Positions 29,889 to 39,303 of a DNA stretch of 52,815 bases are shown here, in pieces. Under the pieces are notes generated by a model. It was given only the letters and a program-made list of their open reading frames with translations, searched no databases and was not told where the DNA came from. The stretch covers positions 1 through 52,815 of the forward strand of contig CAZDTP010000024.1 in assembly GCA_964508365.1 (NCBI GenBank), read 5' to 3'. Position 1 is the stretch's first letter; each line of letters starts with the position of its first letter. The translations under genes were made by a program, and so were the position numbers. The stretch comes from an uncultured archaeon (lineage in GTDB: Archaea; Asgardarchaeota; Lokiarchaeia; Sigyniarchaeales; SOKP01).

Positions 29889-31175
29889 TTGGTAATAAAA
29901 ATGAAAAACAGCGTTAAAGGGGATTTTTCTTTCTCTGAAATTGAAACTAGTCTCAACCCAAAACCATTTTATACTTTATTTTTTAATTTGGTGGTTTTGA
30001 GCTTATTCTTCATTCAAGCATTAAGAGCTTACGTACCCGGAGTGTATGTTGCGATGTTTCACGTTGTTTTTGGTCATAATATTGCAGAAAATTTACTCAT
30101 TCTTCTGACTTTAATCTTTTTTGCATTACCAGCGCTGACAAATACTTTATGTAAGAAATTTAGCATTAGGCGTGTAGCGATATTTTCCATTTACAGTATT
30201 GCTATTTGTAGGCTTTTAGTCGCTTTTCATTTGCCAAATATCTGGCAAACTATCCTTTCTGGAATAATTATTGCCATTTATGGAATATTCATTAGTACTA
30301 TGATTACTTTTTGGTTTGATAATGATATTAAAGGGATTAAACCAAATAATAAAATAATTTTTGCGGTATTTTCTATATTGTGTGCGTTTCTTCTCGATTA
30401 TCTAATTAGAACAATTGGTTTCTCTCAGGATATTTCTTTAATGCCCCCTGGATTAAGTGCTGAATATTGGTATATCACACAATATTTATGGTTATTTATT
30501 CAAATTCCGTCAACTGTTGTTTGTATCTATTTTACGAAAGCAAATTTTCCCCTATCTATGAATAACGCCTCAAGTTTAGAAGATAGCGATAAAATAGGTA
30601 CTGTTTACTCTTTACTTTTTGTGGGAATCGGGATGTTTTGGTTTCTTTTATTTAACGTTTTTCTTTATCCAAATATAATTGCTCATTATACAGATAGTAG
30701 TTATTATTTTAGCAATATTTTGAGTATTATTGCCGTAATTATTGCTATATTAGTCATTTTGAGCGTAAAGAAGAAAATACTCTTGAATATCAAAGTATCC
30801 GTAATTTTAAACTGTACCATGATAGTATCAATAAGTTTATTCTTATTTTTAGGGAGAATTCTAATATATTTTGCGGCTCTTTTGGTTTCGATATCCTTGA
30901 TTATCATGTATTTAAATTTCTTCCTATTATTTACCCGCATGTCTACTATTATCTTTAAATGGGAGAAAGTAAAAACTATTTCCAACGCTTTCGCAATTGG
31001 GCTTGTATTTTACTTTTTATTTACAGTTCTTCACATTTTCACAACTGATTGGGCTTATATTATTTCGGCATTTAAAGGATATGGCCCAATTATAATACTT
31101 ATAGCAATAGTCATTTTGTCAATCTCAACAATTATTTCAAATCAATTAGACCAAACAAGAGGTAAAAAAGAATGA
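29889..31175 (+). CDS. Polytopic membrane protein (about 12 TM); start may be ATG 29901
   Basis: Many hydrophobic segments; overlaps the next gene by 4 nt (ATGA). Confidence 0.75.
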   Translation: MVIKMKNSVKGDFSFSEIETSLNPKPFYTLFFNLVVLSLFFIQALRAYVPGVYVAMFHVVFGHNIAENLLILLTLIFFALPALTNTLCKKFSIRRVAIFSIYSIAICRLLVAFHLPNIWQTILSGIIIAIYGIFISTMITFWFDNDIKGIKPNNKIIFAVFSILCAFLLDYLIRTIGFSQDISLMPPGLSAEYWYITQYLWLFIQIPSTVVCIYFTKANFPLSMNNASSLEDSDKIGTVYSLLFVGIGMFWFLLFNVFLYPNIIAHYTDSSYYFSNILSIIAVIIAILVILSVKKKILLNIKVSVILNCTMIVSISLFLFLGRILIYFAALLVSISLIIMYLNFFLLFTRMSTIIFKWEKVKTISNAFAIGLVFYFLFTVLHIFTTDWAYIISAFKGYGPIIILIAIVILSISTIISNQLDQTRGKKE

Positions 31176-31990
31176 TGAATAAAAAGTTTAAGTGTGTGTT
31201 GATTACTATCATACTTGCACCATTAATTATCTCTATTGTAACATTTAGTATCGCAGAGTTACCAAGAGAAACTTCTCCAAAAACAGATCTTACCTTCATG
31301 ACTTATAACATTCATTTTGGTCAGGGAATGGATGATCTACTAAACTTAGAGCGAATAGCTCAAAATATATTAATCGATGATCCTGATATAATTGGATTAC
31401 AAGAAGTAAGAGTTGGGCGTATTGAGACTCAAGGAATAGATATGACATTTTGGTTAGCTAAAAGGCTAGGGATGGATTACTATTACTTCAATCCTATAAA
31501 CAATCCGCATGAAATGGGAAATGCCATCCTAAGTAAGTATCCTATACTAATAAAAAATGGATATGAGTTACCAAGCACTCATATGGAAAGGACATTTGTG
31601 CATTGTGTTGTTGAAATTAGTTCTAATCTTAAAATTGATGTATTTTGTACTCATATCGGCATAAGATCCGAAAATAAAACTGTTCAAATCAATTTTCTCC
31701 TTGAGAAAATAACTGAAATTTCAACATCATCCAAACAAGTTTTAATGGGAGACTTTAATTTGCGAAATGATACACTGCAGATAGGAAATGTACTTACATA
31801 TTTCAACGATACAGCTGAAGAATTTGGCGCTGATCCTCGATCTTCGATTGATTATGTATTCGCTACAGGTTATCAAGATATATTAAATAGTCACGTGATT
31901 ACAGATATGCTGCTAAATATAGATTTACCAGCAGAGTATGGTTCTGATCATTTACCAGTTGTTTCGATCATTAGATTCCCTCTTATTTAA
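31172..31990 (+). CDS. Endonuclease/exonuclease/phosphatase (EEP) family protein with N-terminal TM helix
   Basis: MTYNIH, DIIGLQE, GNAILSKYP, THI, MGDFN, IDYVF, SDHLPV. Confidence 0.92.
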   Translation: MMNKKFKCVLITIILAPLIISIVTFSIAELPRETSPKTDLTFMTYNIHFGQGMDDLLNLERIAQNILIDDPDIIGLQEVRVGRIETQGIDMTFWLAKRLGMDYYYFNPINNPHEMGNAILSKYPILIKNGYELPSTHMERTFVHCVVEISSNLKIDVFCTHIGIRSENKTVQINFLLEKITEISTSSKQVLMGDFNLRNDTLQIGNVLTYFNDTAEEFGADPRSSIDYVFATGYQDILNSHVITDMLLNIDLPAEYGSDHLPVVSIIRFPLI

Positions 31991-32448
31991 GATTTCTTAC
32001 TTATATAAAATACAAATAAAAAATCAGTACATAACCTTAAAAAAATATTCCGTTTTTAAAAATTTAAATTTGGGACGAAAACATTTACTGAGTTGGTTTG
32101 ATTTAATTCAATAATTTATAAGAAATGCTTAGATTTTTACTAACATTTTTTGATGGAATAATGCTTTATTCCTTACATTTTTTCATAAATGGTGAGAAAA
32201 AAGTCAAAAAAAATATGTTTTTCGTCATTTTTCGATCTTTTTTTTTGTATATTATACATTTTAGGAGGATTATTTTCCCAAATAATGACAAATTCCTTTT
32301 TCAATCAAAGTGTAGTCAGAAATAGTCAGATTTTTAAGATTTCGCCCAATCTCGTAAAAAGAGTAAAGGAAAATTTCCCAATGCATTTAAATACTAACAT
32401 TGGTTAAAAAGTAATTAGCTATAAAAACAAATCAATTAAAAAAAGTGA

Positions 32449-32799
32449 GTGATAGAAAATATGGAATTATTAAAACTTCAAGAAAAAATGTTAAGCCTAT
32501 CAGATGATAGACTAAGCAGTATTTATTCTTACGCAAGTAGAGTAACTCAAGAAACCATTGATGACTTATCTCCAATTCTGTTAGAAATTTGTTTAAAGGC
32601 TGAATCTGGCATTTTAAAAAATCAGTTAGGTCAGGTTATCTTTCATTTACAGAAAACCGAGAGATTGAATACCCGCATTGGTTTTGAAAAACTATTACAT
32701 GGTGCTCTAAAAGTGAGTATCAAAGAAGTGTTTAATCTTCTCGAGTCTGGTGCGTCAGATGCAAAAGCATTAGTTGATAGAATTAAATCTATTTTATAA
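32449..32799 (+). CDS. Hypothetical protein
   Basis: 116-aa helical ORF, co-oriented with the next small ORF. Confidence 0.7.
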   Translation: MIENMELLKLQEKMLSLSDDRLSSIYSYASRVTQETIDDLSPILLEICLKAESGILKNQLGQVIFHLQKTERLNTRIGFEKLLHGALKVSIKEVFNLLESGASDAKALVDRIKSIL

Positions 32800-32838
32800 A
32801 GAAAAAGTTTTTTTTAAACTTCTTATTTTATTTTATTA

Positions 32839-33120
32839 ATGGTAAACAGAGATACTCAAGCTGATTTAGATAAAGCATGGGGGCATTACGAAAAAATCCG
32901 AGACTCTCTTAACGGTTTATACGAAATTTTGAACATGAACTTAGAGAAAGAAAACATATTTTACCAATGCGCAGTCGATAATCTCGAAAATTTAAAAGAT
33001 ACTATAATTGATCTTCTTAAAAAGGATTATAATCCCACTGAAATTAAGATAAAAATGCGGGAATTAGAATTTGATATGAAAAAGACTCTTTTTTTTGAAA
33101 AGAAGGAGAAACATAAATAA
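32839..33120 (+). CDS. Hypothetical protein
   Basis: 93-aa helical ORF with ATG start. Confidence 0.7.
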   Translation: MVNRDTQADLDKAWGHYEKIRDSLNGLYEILNMNLEKENIFYQCAVDNLENLKDTIIDLLKKDYNPTEIKIKMRELEFDMKKTLFFEKKEKHK

Positions 33121-33288
33121 ATTGTTTTATAAGCCAAATCTGCTTGTATCAATTCTGTTTTAATTATTTTTAAATTTTATTAACTTAACATTTCAACTAT
33201 CACTTTCATTTATAAAGGGGATCGAGCTAATTTATATTAGAGTTTTATTATTATTTTATGAAAATTAAAAACGAATAGGGATGATGAT

Positions 33289-33993
33289 ATGTTAACTGTA
33301 TTTGGTTGGATAGATGGGATTACTGCTTCTGGAGTTGTCATTTTTGGCTTCATTTTTGGGTTTTTCTTCTTATATAAAGCGCGTAAGTCTGGTGCTAAGA
33401 TTTTAACTATTTTAGGGATAGTAAATATTTTAGCAGGGCTTATGTACTTAGGGGTTTTTACAGATTTTTTAGTGGTTCTGGTAACAGATACTAATTTGGA
33501 TAATTCTTACGGTTTAGTTGGGATCTTAAGTTACATTTGGTTCGCTCCAGTAATAATTCTTGCTCTCTATATTGGTGCTGAACTCTTAATACCCAAGAGA
33601 AAGTGGTATCTCATGTTTTTGGTCATTATCGTATGTATAATATTTGAAATTCTTTTCTTCTTAGACCCAATGGGTACATTTAATTTTGTCCCTCCACCAG
33701 TTCTGGGAGAATCATTAATTGATTACAATGTAAATATGTTTACACCTGCGGGAATTATAATGGCATTATTATTACTCATGGTCTTAATTATTCTTGGGTT
33801 TGGTTTTTTAATAAAAAGCTTCCAATCTTCAGGTGTATTGAGAAAAAAATTCTTTTTCTTATCGATAGGTTCGATATGTTTTTGTATATTTGGAATACTT
33901 GAAGGTTTAACAGCTCCAGGAGTGATGGTGATTTTTGTTAGAATCGGCTATCTAATTAGTTTTTGGCTGATGTATTACGGTCTAAAAGATTAG
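33289..33993 (+). CDS. Multi-pass (about 7 TM) membrane protein
   Basis: Seven hydrophobic segments with basic cytoplasmic loops (YKARKSGAK, LRKKFFF). Confidence 0.8.
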   Translation: MLTVFGWIDGITASGVVIFGFIFGFFFLYKARKSGAKILTILGIVNILAGLMYLGVFTDFLVVLVTDTNLDNSYGLVGILSYIWFAPVIILALYIGAELLIPKRKWYLMFLVIIVCIIFEILFFLDPMGTFNFVPPPVLGESLIDYNVNMFTPAGIIMALLLLMVLIILGFGFLIKSFQSSGVLRKKFFFLSIGSICFCIFGILEGLTAPGVMVIFVRIGYLISFWLMYYGLKD

Positions 33994-34092
33994 ATTTATC
34001 CTACAAATCTTTTTTTTTCATTTTATTCTTTCAAAAGGCAAATTAAAAATTGCTTCATTTATTTATTCACATAAGGATTAATTATTGACGGT

Positions 34093-35127
34093 TTGGTACT
34101 ATTTTTGCATAAATTTAAATCTGAAATCGATAAAATTGATGATGTTTATCAAATTAAAATTGACGTCCCCTTTCAAGTAAAATTCGTATCTCTTTATCTT
34201 TTTAAATTAGAAGACCAATATATTCTAATTGATGCAGGTTTAAATATGGGAAATTGGAGTAAACTATTTTTTTCAGCGTTAGATGATATAAATATAAGCA
34301 TTGAAGATATTAATTATTGTTTTATTACTCATATTCATTTAGATCACATAGGATTAGTAAAAACTCTTAAAAGAAAAAATCCAAATCTGAAAGTAGTGAT
34401 GAACGATATAACCCATAAGATTTTACGATGGGAAACCCACGATTCAAGTATAGATGAACTAAAAACTGAAGCTAAAAAGATTTCCTCCCTAATGATAAAA
34501 TATGGAATTAGTAAAGAACAAAGTGAGAGAGTTTTCCAATTTTTCACTTATTGGCCGAAATTTCTACGATATCAAAAGCCTGATATAGTAGTGCACGATA
34601 AAGACAAGTTTTTAGATAATTTAGATATCATTTGGACTCCAGGTCATAGTTTTGGTCATACATGTATCTTTAACACAAAAACTAAGCACCTTTTTTCAGG
34701 GGATCACATTCTCTCGAGAATAACTCCGCATATCGGGAATTTTTTGATACCTAATACTCTTAAGGAAGAATATAAGGAATACAACTTCAATAACATTTTA
34801 AATCTCTATTTGAAGTCATTAGATAGAATTGGAAAATTAAATCCAAAAATTATTTTTCCTGCTCATCAAGACATAATTTATGATTCAAGTAAACGAATTT
34901 TAGAAATAAAAGAGCATCACGAGAATAGGTTGTCTGAAATTTCAAGCTTAATTAAAGAAAAACCTATGACTCCTTTTGAAATATCTCAAATTCATTTCGG
35001 AACTGATTTGGATGAAATGAATTCGTTTATGGCTTTAAGTGAAGTTTTAGGACACCTTTTTTATCTTGAAGATCTCGGAAAAATAGATAAATTTGAAAAA
35101 AGCGGTAGATTTTATTATAAAAGTTAA
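34093..35127 (+). CDS. Metallo-beta-lactamase fold hydrolase with C-terminal wHTH
   Basis: LIDAG, THIHLDHIG, TPGHSFGH, SGDHIL, PAH. Confidence 0.93.
   Translation: MVLFLHKFKSEIDKIDDVYQIKIDVPFQVKFVSLYLFKLEDQYILIDAGLNMGNWSKLFFSALDDINISIEDINYCFITHIHLDHIGLVKTLKRKNPNLKVVMNDITHKILRWETHDSSIDELKTEAKKISSLMIKYGISKEQSERVFQFFTYWPKFLRYQKPDIVVHDKDKFLDNLDIIWTPGHSFGHTCIFNTKTKHLFSGDHILSRITPHIGNFLIPNTLKEEYKEYNFNNILNLYLKSLDRIGKLNPKIIFPAHQDIIYDSSKRILEIKEHHENRLSEISSLIKEKPMTPFEISQIHFGTDLDEMNSFMALSEVLGHLFYLEDLGKIDKFEKSGRFYYKS
35041..35083 (+). repeat. 43-bp direct repeat, copy 1 (3' part of the MBL gene)
   Basis: GAAGTTTTAGGACACCTTTTTTATCTTGAAGATCTCGGAAAAA; 41/43 identical to 36986..37028. Confidence 0.9.
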
Positions 35128-35199
35128 TTTTTATTACATTCCTCAATGATTTTTTGCTTAAACCTTGAAGTTATCCATTAAAAAAGAAATTTAAAAAAT

Positions 35200-35889
35200 T
35201 TATTTATTCTTAACGATTAAATCAAACAAATCTGTTTTTATTTCATATTTATTTCGCACTTTTGATTGATCTAAGATGGATTTTAGTTCTTCTGGGATAT
35301 ACCCTGCCATTATTGATGTTTTCCAGCCAAGTCTCATGAATTGAGGCATGAAGAGTTTGATACTATGAAAAATTATTTTTGCGAAGTAGTTTATATCTCG
35401 GCGTCCATCGCTCACGCAAAAAATTCCTTTATCCTTAACTACCCGTATGATTTCATTAAAAACATTCTTTGGATTAACCCAATGATGTAAACTACCGTTT
35501 GAAATTACAACATCAAAAGAATTATTTGAGAATTGATTCATATCTTCCGCATTTCCATGGATAAAGGAGACTTGAGATTCCACACCCTCATCAATTACAT
35601 TTTTTTTAGCAACGCGTATCATGTCCTCAGATAATTCAAGCCCTATAATTTTAAAAGTTGGATTCATTTGCGCCATCATGATGCCAATCCAACCTGGACC
35701 AGGTCCAATCTCTAGGATTTTTGAATTATCTTTTGTACCTAATTCATTTAATACAACTTTTATAAATCTTCGATATTCTCCTTTCATTTTTTTGCATGCT
35801 TCACTATAATCTTCTGTTGTGAAATCTAATTGGTCTAATATTGCTTCTGCTTCTACTATTCTTTCTTTAAATTTTTTATTTTTTGACAT
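35200..35889 (-). CDS. Class I SAM-dependent methyltransferase
   Basis: ILEIGPGPG, GLELSEDM, GNAEDM, FDVVISNGSLHHW. Confidence 0.92.
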   Translation of the reverse strand: MSKNKKFKERIVEAEAILDQLDFTTEDYSEACKKMKGEYRRFIKVVLNELGTKDNSKILEIGPGPGWIGIMMAQMNPTFKIIGLELSEDMIRVAKKNVIDEGVESQVSFIHGNAEDMNQFSNNSFDVVISNGSLHHWVNPKNVFNEIIRVVKDKGIFCVSDGRRDINYFAKIIFHSIKLFMPQFMRLGWKTSIMAGYIPEELKSILDQSKVRNKYEIKTDLFDLIVKNK

Positions 35890-36028
35890 TTCTTTTCACT
35901 CTTGGATTATTTTTTAATACAACTGCCAATTTATACTATCAATTTTAAAATTTTCCACTTTATATACCTTATTTTTGTGTTTTACTCATAGTTTAAGTAA
36001 GAAAAAATTCATTTTTAAACTTGTCTAT

Positions 36029-36050
36029 ATTGTCATGACTAACCGACAAT
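36029..36050. promoter_or_regulatory. Possible operator (ATTGTC-N10-GACAAT) in a divergent promoter
   Basis: Perfect 6-bp inverted repeat between the methyltransferase and TrmB-like genes. Confidence 0.3.
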
Positions 36051-36101
36051 TTTAAATATTATGAAAATTATATTAATAACAGAAAATATGGACTTTAAAC
36101 C

Positions 36102-36965
36102 TTGAACGATAATAATATCGAAGAAAATATCAATTATTTAACTAGTTTTGGTTTAACTAAAGAGGAATCAAAAGTATATCTCATGTTATTGCCTCAAGGA
36201 AAGAATGGAGATGTGGTAGGACATTTAAAAGATAGTTTAGCGATTGGAAGAACTACGATTTATGGGATTTTAGAGCGTCTTCTTGAAAAGAATTGGGTTA
36301 AAGAAGAGGAAATCTCTAAAAATCCCAGACGAGTGAAATACATTGCAAATCCTCCCTTGATGATAATGAATTTAATGATTGAAAAGAAAGAGGAGGAATT
36401 AATTAGTCTTAGAGATAAGAGCTTATTTATAGGCGATTTACTTGATAAATTATATCAAGGGCCAAAAAAGATGACATTAGAAAACATTCATCCCATTGGA
36501 CAAAAATATCTTAAACCCCTTATTGAAAAAGAATGGAAAATAACATCTGAAGTAATAGAACGATCCGATTCCATGGGGAGAATTACATTTGATTATGAAC
36601 TCAAAGGAAAAGGATTTCCTAAAGATAGTGGATTAATTATTTTTCAATATGATAGGGATATTGAGGAAGATGGTTATCTTATTCAAAGTGTTCTTAGTAT
36701 GCTTAAGAGTAAATCTGATTATGAGATTAGAAAAGATAAAATACCCGGATTTGAAGATTTGAAATTGGAGGATACTACCTTTGGAAATTATAATGGTTTT
36801 TTAGTATATATTAAATTAAAATTTAAAAGAAAGTGGTGGCTGGTTGGGAAAGAAGTAGTTATCCCATTAAAAAATCAGATATTTCTAATACATGGTAATA
36901 AAGAAAATTTTCAAGAGTTAATGGATAGAGTTCTTAATGCTGAGAAATTCCACCATTTAGCATAA
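36102..36965 (+). CDS. TrmB-family N-terminal wHTH regulator with unrecognised C-terminal domain
   Basis: FGLTKEESKVYLMLL...RTTIYGILERLLEKNWV...PRRVKYIANPP. Confidence 0.8.
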   Translation: MNDNNIEENINYLTSFGLTKEESKVYLMLLPQGKNGDVVGHLKDSLAIGRTTIYGILERLLEKNWVKEEEISKNPRRVKYIANPPLMIMNLMIEKKEEELISLRDKSLFIGDLLDKLYQGPKKMTLENIHPIGQKYLKPLIEKEWKITSEVIERSDSMGRITFDYELKGKGFPKDSGLIIFQYDRDIEEDGYLIQSVLSMLKSKSDYEIRKDKIPGFEDLKLEDTTFGNYNGFLVYIKLKFKRKWWLVGKEVVIPLKNQIFLIHGNKENFQELMDRVLNAEKFHHLA

Positions 36966-36985
36966 AAAAGAATAAAAACTATTGA

Positions 36986-37028
36986 GAAGTTTTAGGACAC
37001 CTTTTTTACCTTGAAGATCTCAGAAAAA
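36986..37028 (+). repeat. 43-bp direct repeat, copy 2 (intergenic, degenerate MBL 3' end)
   Basis: GAAGTTTTAGGACACCTTTTTTACCTTGAAGATCTCAGAAAAA; weaker similarity continues about 20 nt further. Confidence 0.9.
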
Positions 37029-37077
37029 GAGATTAGTTTCAAAAAGAACTGATAAAGTAAAAAATATTAACAAACCC

Positions 37078-37569
37078 CTACATAGGAACCTTTTCATTTT
37101 GAGCCATGGTCTTAATTGGCTTGAGGACCACACAAACTCGTTCAACTCCTTTAACATCACTTCTACCTCTAAAACTTTCGATAACCGCATCGAGTTCATT
37201 TATTTCGGGAACATTTACTTTTACGAGGATGCCGCATTCTCCTGCCAAAAAGTAAACTTCTTCACACTGGGGGAGGACTTGTGCCTCTCGTAGTAATTCC
37301 TTTAATTCGGATTGACTTCTCGGGATTAATGTGATAAATGCTATAATACAGCGCTCATCCTCTCTACATACTTTAATCGTGAACTTCTCTATTACATTTT
37401 CATCTTGAAGTTTAATTACTCTTTTTCTTACGGTGGATTCACTCATTCCTATTGCGTCTCCTATTTCTCTATATGGTCTTCGTGAATCCTCGATTAGCAT
37501 TTCAAGAATTTGTTTATCTTTCTCATCTAAATTTTTCATATTTCTATCACACCCTTCCAATTTATTCAA
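37078..37569 (-). CDS. Lrp/AsnC family transcriptional regulator; start likely ATG 37539
   Basis: LDEKDKQIL...DSRRPYREIG...SESTVRKRVIKL...GVIEKF-type HTH plus RAM-like domain. Confidence 0.93.
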   Translation of the reverse strand: MNKLEGCDRNMKNLDEKDKQILEMLIEDSRRPYREIGDAIGMSESTVRKRVIKLQDENVIEKFTIKVCREDERCIIAFITLIPRSQSELKELLREAQVLPQCEEVYFLAGECGILVKVNVPEINELDAVIESFRGRSDVKGVERVCVVLKPIKTMAQNEKVPM

Positions 37570-37634
37570 ATACAGTAAAAAAATTTTCTTAAAATCATTG
37601 TAAGAGAATATACCCTTATTATCTTATCTTTATA

Positions 37635-38567
37635 TCAAAAATCTTTAAGGAGCGGTCCGAAAAGTCTTTCATAATGTACTGCCATGCAGTGAATACCTGC
37701 AGCTTTAGTTGTTTTCTTTATTTCTTGAATGAATGGTACGAAAAAATCAATGTTAATCTGATCTATTTTTGCGTATTTTTCTTTTTTATCCTCAATTTTT
37801 TTAGTTGCCTTGAGTGCATTAAGAAAATCTTTAGGAACAGAAACTCCCGGAATATATTCGTTAAAATACCAAGCAATCCCGTAATTCTTTATAGGAAATA
37901 ATCCTAACAATACGGGAACATTGAATTTTTCGAGCTCTTTCAGGAATTCTTTGGCATCATCAATATCAAAAGATGTTTGTGTTTGAACGAAATCAGCGCC
38001 TACTTCAACCTTTCTTCCTACTTTTAAAATTTCAGGTTCTCTTGGATTTGAATTTGGATTAGCAGCGCATCCCACATTCAATTCGATTTTTCCTCCTTCA
38101 ATTTCATTTCCCTCCAAATCAGTGCCGTCATCTACCATTTTGGACACGAGATCAATTAACTGTGTAGAATCTAAATCATATACAGGTCGAGCATTTTTAT
38201 TATCTCCTAATGACGAATGGTCGCCGGTTAAAGCTAATAGGTTTTTTAGACCAAGAATCGAGCCTCCTAATATATCGCCAAATAAAGCAATTCTATTCCT
38301 ATCTCTAACGGTCATCTGCCAGACGGTTTCTAGTCCTACTTTCTCTTGAACTAAATGACAAGGTACCATAGAGCAAGTGTAAGCATCTCCTTGTGGCCCA
38401 TCAGTGACATTAGCAGCCACTATTTTTCCTGTTTTCTTCATTTCTTCTGCAGAATGAATAATTGAACTTAGATCAATCATTTTAGTAGGCTCAAGTTCGC
38501 CTGTGATTACAAATTTACCTTCTCTTATTGATTTCACTAAATTACTATACGCTGATCTTTTTGGCAT
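37635..38567 (-). CDS. metF: Methylenetetrahydrofolate reductase MetF, copy 2
   Basis: TGELEP, NVTDGP, RDRNR, LTGDH, GADFVQTQ; starts 1 nt after the metV stop. Confidence 0.9.
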   Translation of the reverse strand: MPKRSAYSNLVKSIREGKFVITGELEPTKMIDLSSIIHSAEEMKKTGKIVAANVTDGPQGDAYTCSMVPCHLVQEKVGLETVWQMTVRDRNRIALFGDILGGSILGLKNLLALTGDHSSLGDNKNARPVYDLDSTQLIDLVSKMVDDGTDLEGNEIEGGKIELNVGCAANPNSNPREPEILKVGRKVEVGADFVQTQTSFDIDDAKEFLKELEKFNVPVLLGLFPIKNYGIAWYFNEYIPGVSVPKDFLNALKATKKIEDKKEKYAKIDQINIDFFVPFIQEIKKTTKAAGIHCMAVHYERLFGPLLKDF

Positions 38568-38568
38568 T

Positions 38569-39270
38569 TTATTTTTTCGACTCCTTTTGCGGTTGTACTT
38601 CCTCGTTTGTGTATTGTTTATTTATCTCTATATACCGTGGACTACTCCAAAGTCTATAATTTCTTGGTGGACGATATTTAGTAAAGAGATCAAGCCTATT
38701 GAATTTCTTAAGGCGTTCGTATATCTTTACCCAAGCACACTCATTAATATATCCACCAACTTCGCATTTGCCATTAACGGTACCCCCGCATGGTCCGTTA
38801 CTAAGATTTTTGGCACATCCGGCCATAGGACATACTCCACCAGTGACGCCAAGTAAACACTCTCCACATGTTTCACAGTATTCAGTAAAAGAATTTTCTG
38901 CATTATTTTCAGCACCTCCAAACATACTATTTTGAGCTGGGAAAGTGAGAATATTATCGAATATTCGATTCATCATGACAACACCCAAACCACAGGATAG
39001 AGATACAATTGCATCGTATTGCTCAATAAAAGGTCGAACGGTAGTTGCTGCGATTCTATCGTCACATTGCCTTAGGACTGTTATAGCTTTCCATTTTAGT
39101 TCCTTCCCTTCACTCCGAGCCTTTAATTCTAGCATTTGGGCTAATATTTTAGCCTCGTTGATAGAGCGTGGAGGTTGACAGCAACCATCACACCCAGCAA
39201 CTAAAATTTTTGAATATTGTTTTACCATATCGTATATTTCTTCAATATTTTTTTGCTGCGTAATTATCAT
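38569..39270 (-). CDS. metV: MetV, copy 2
   Basis: GCDGCC, RQCD, SCGLG, CETCGEC, GVCPMAGCAKNLSNGPCGG, CEV..CAW. Confidence 0.9.
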   Translation of the reverse strand: MIITQQKNIEEIYDMVKQYSKILVAGCDGCCQPPRSINEAKILAQMLELKARSEGKELKWKAITVLRQCDDRIAATTVRPFIEQYDAIVSLSCGLGVVMMNRIFDNILTFPAQNSMFGGAENNAENSFTEYCETCGECLLGVTGGVCPMAGCAKNLSNGPCGGTVNGKCEVGGYINECAWVKIYERLKKFNRLDLFTKYRPPRNYRLWSSPRYIEINKQYTNEEVQPQKESKK

Positions 39271-39303
39271 ATTTCATAACTCCTTTATTTTAAACATAAT
39301 CTA

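Noticed and set aside
32125-32407. Short overlapping ORFs on both strands
   Set aside because: Low-complexity AT-rich spacer with F/K/I-biased translations; probably non-coding.
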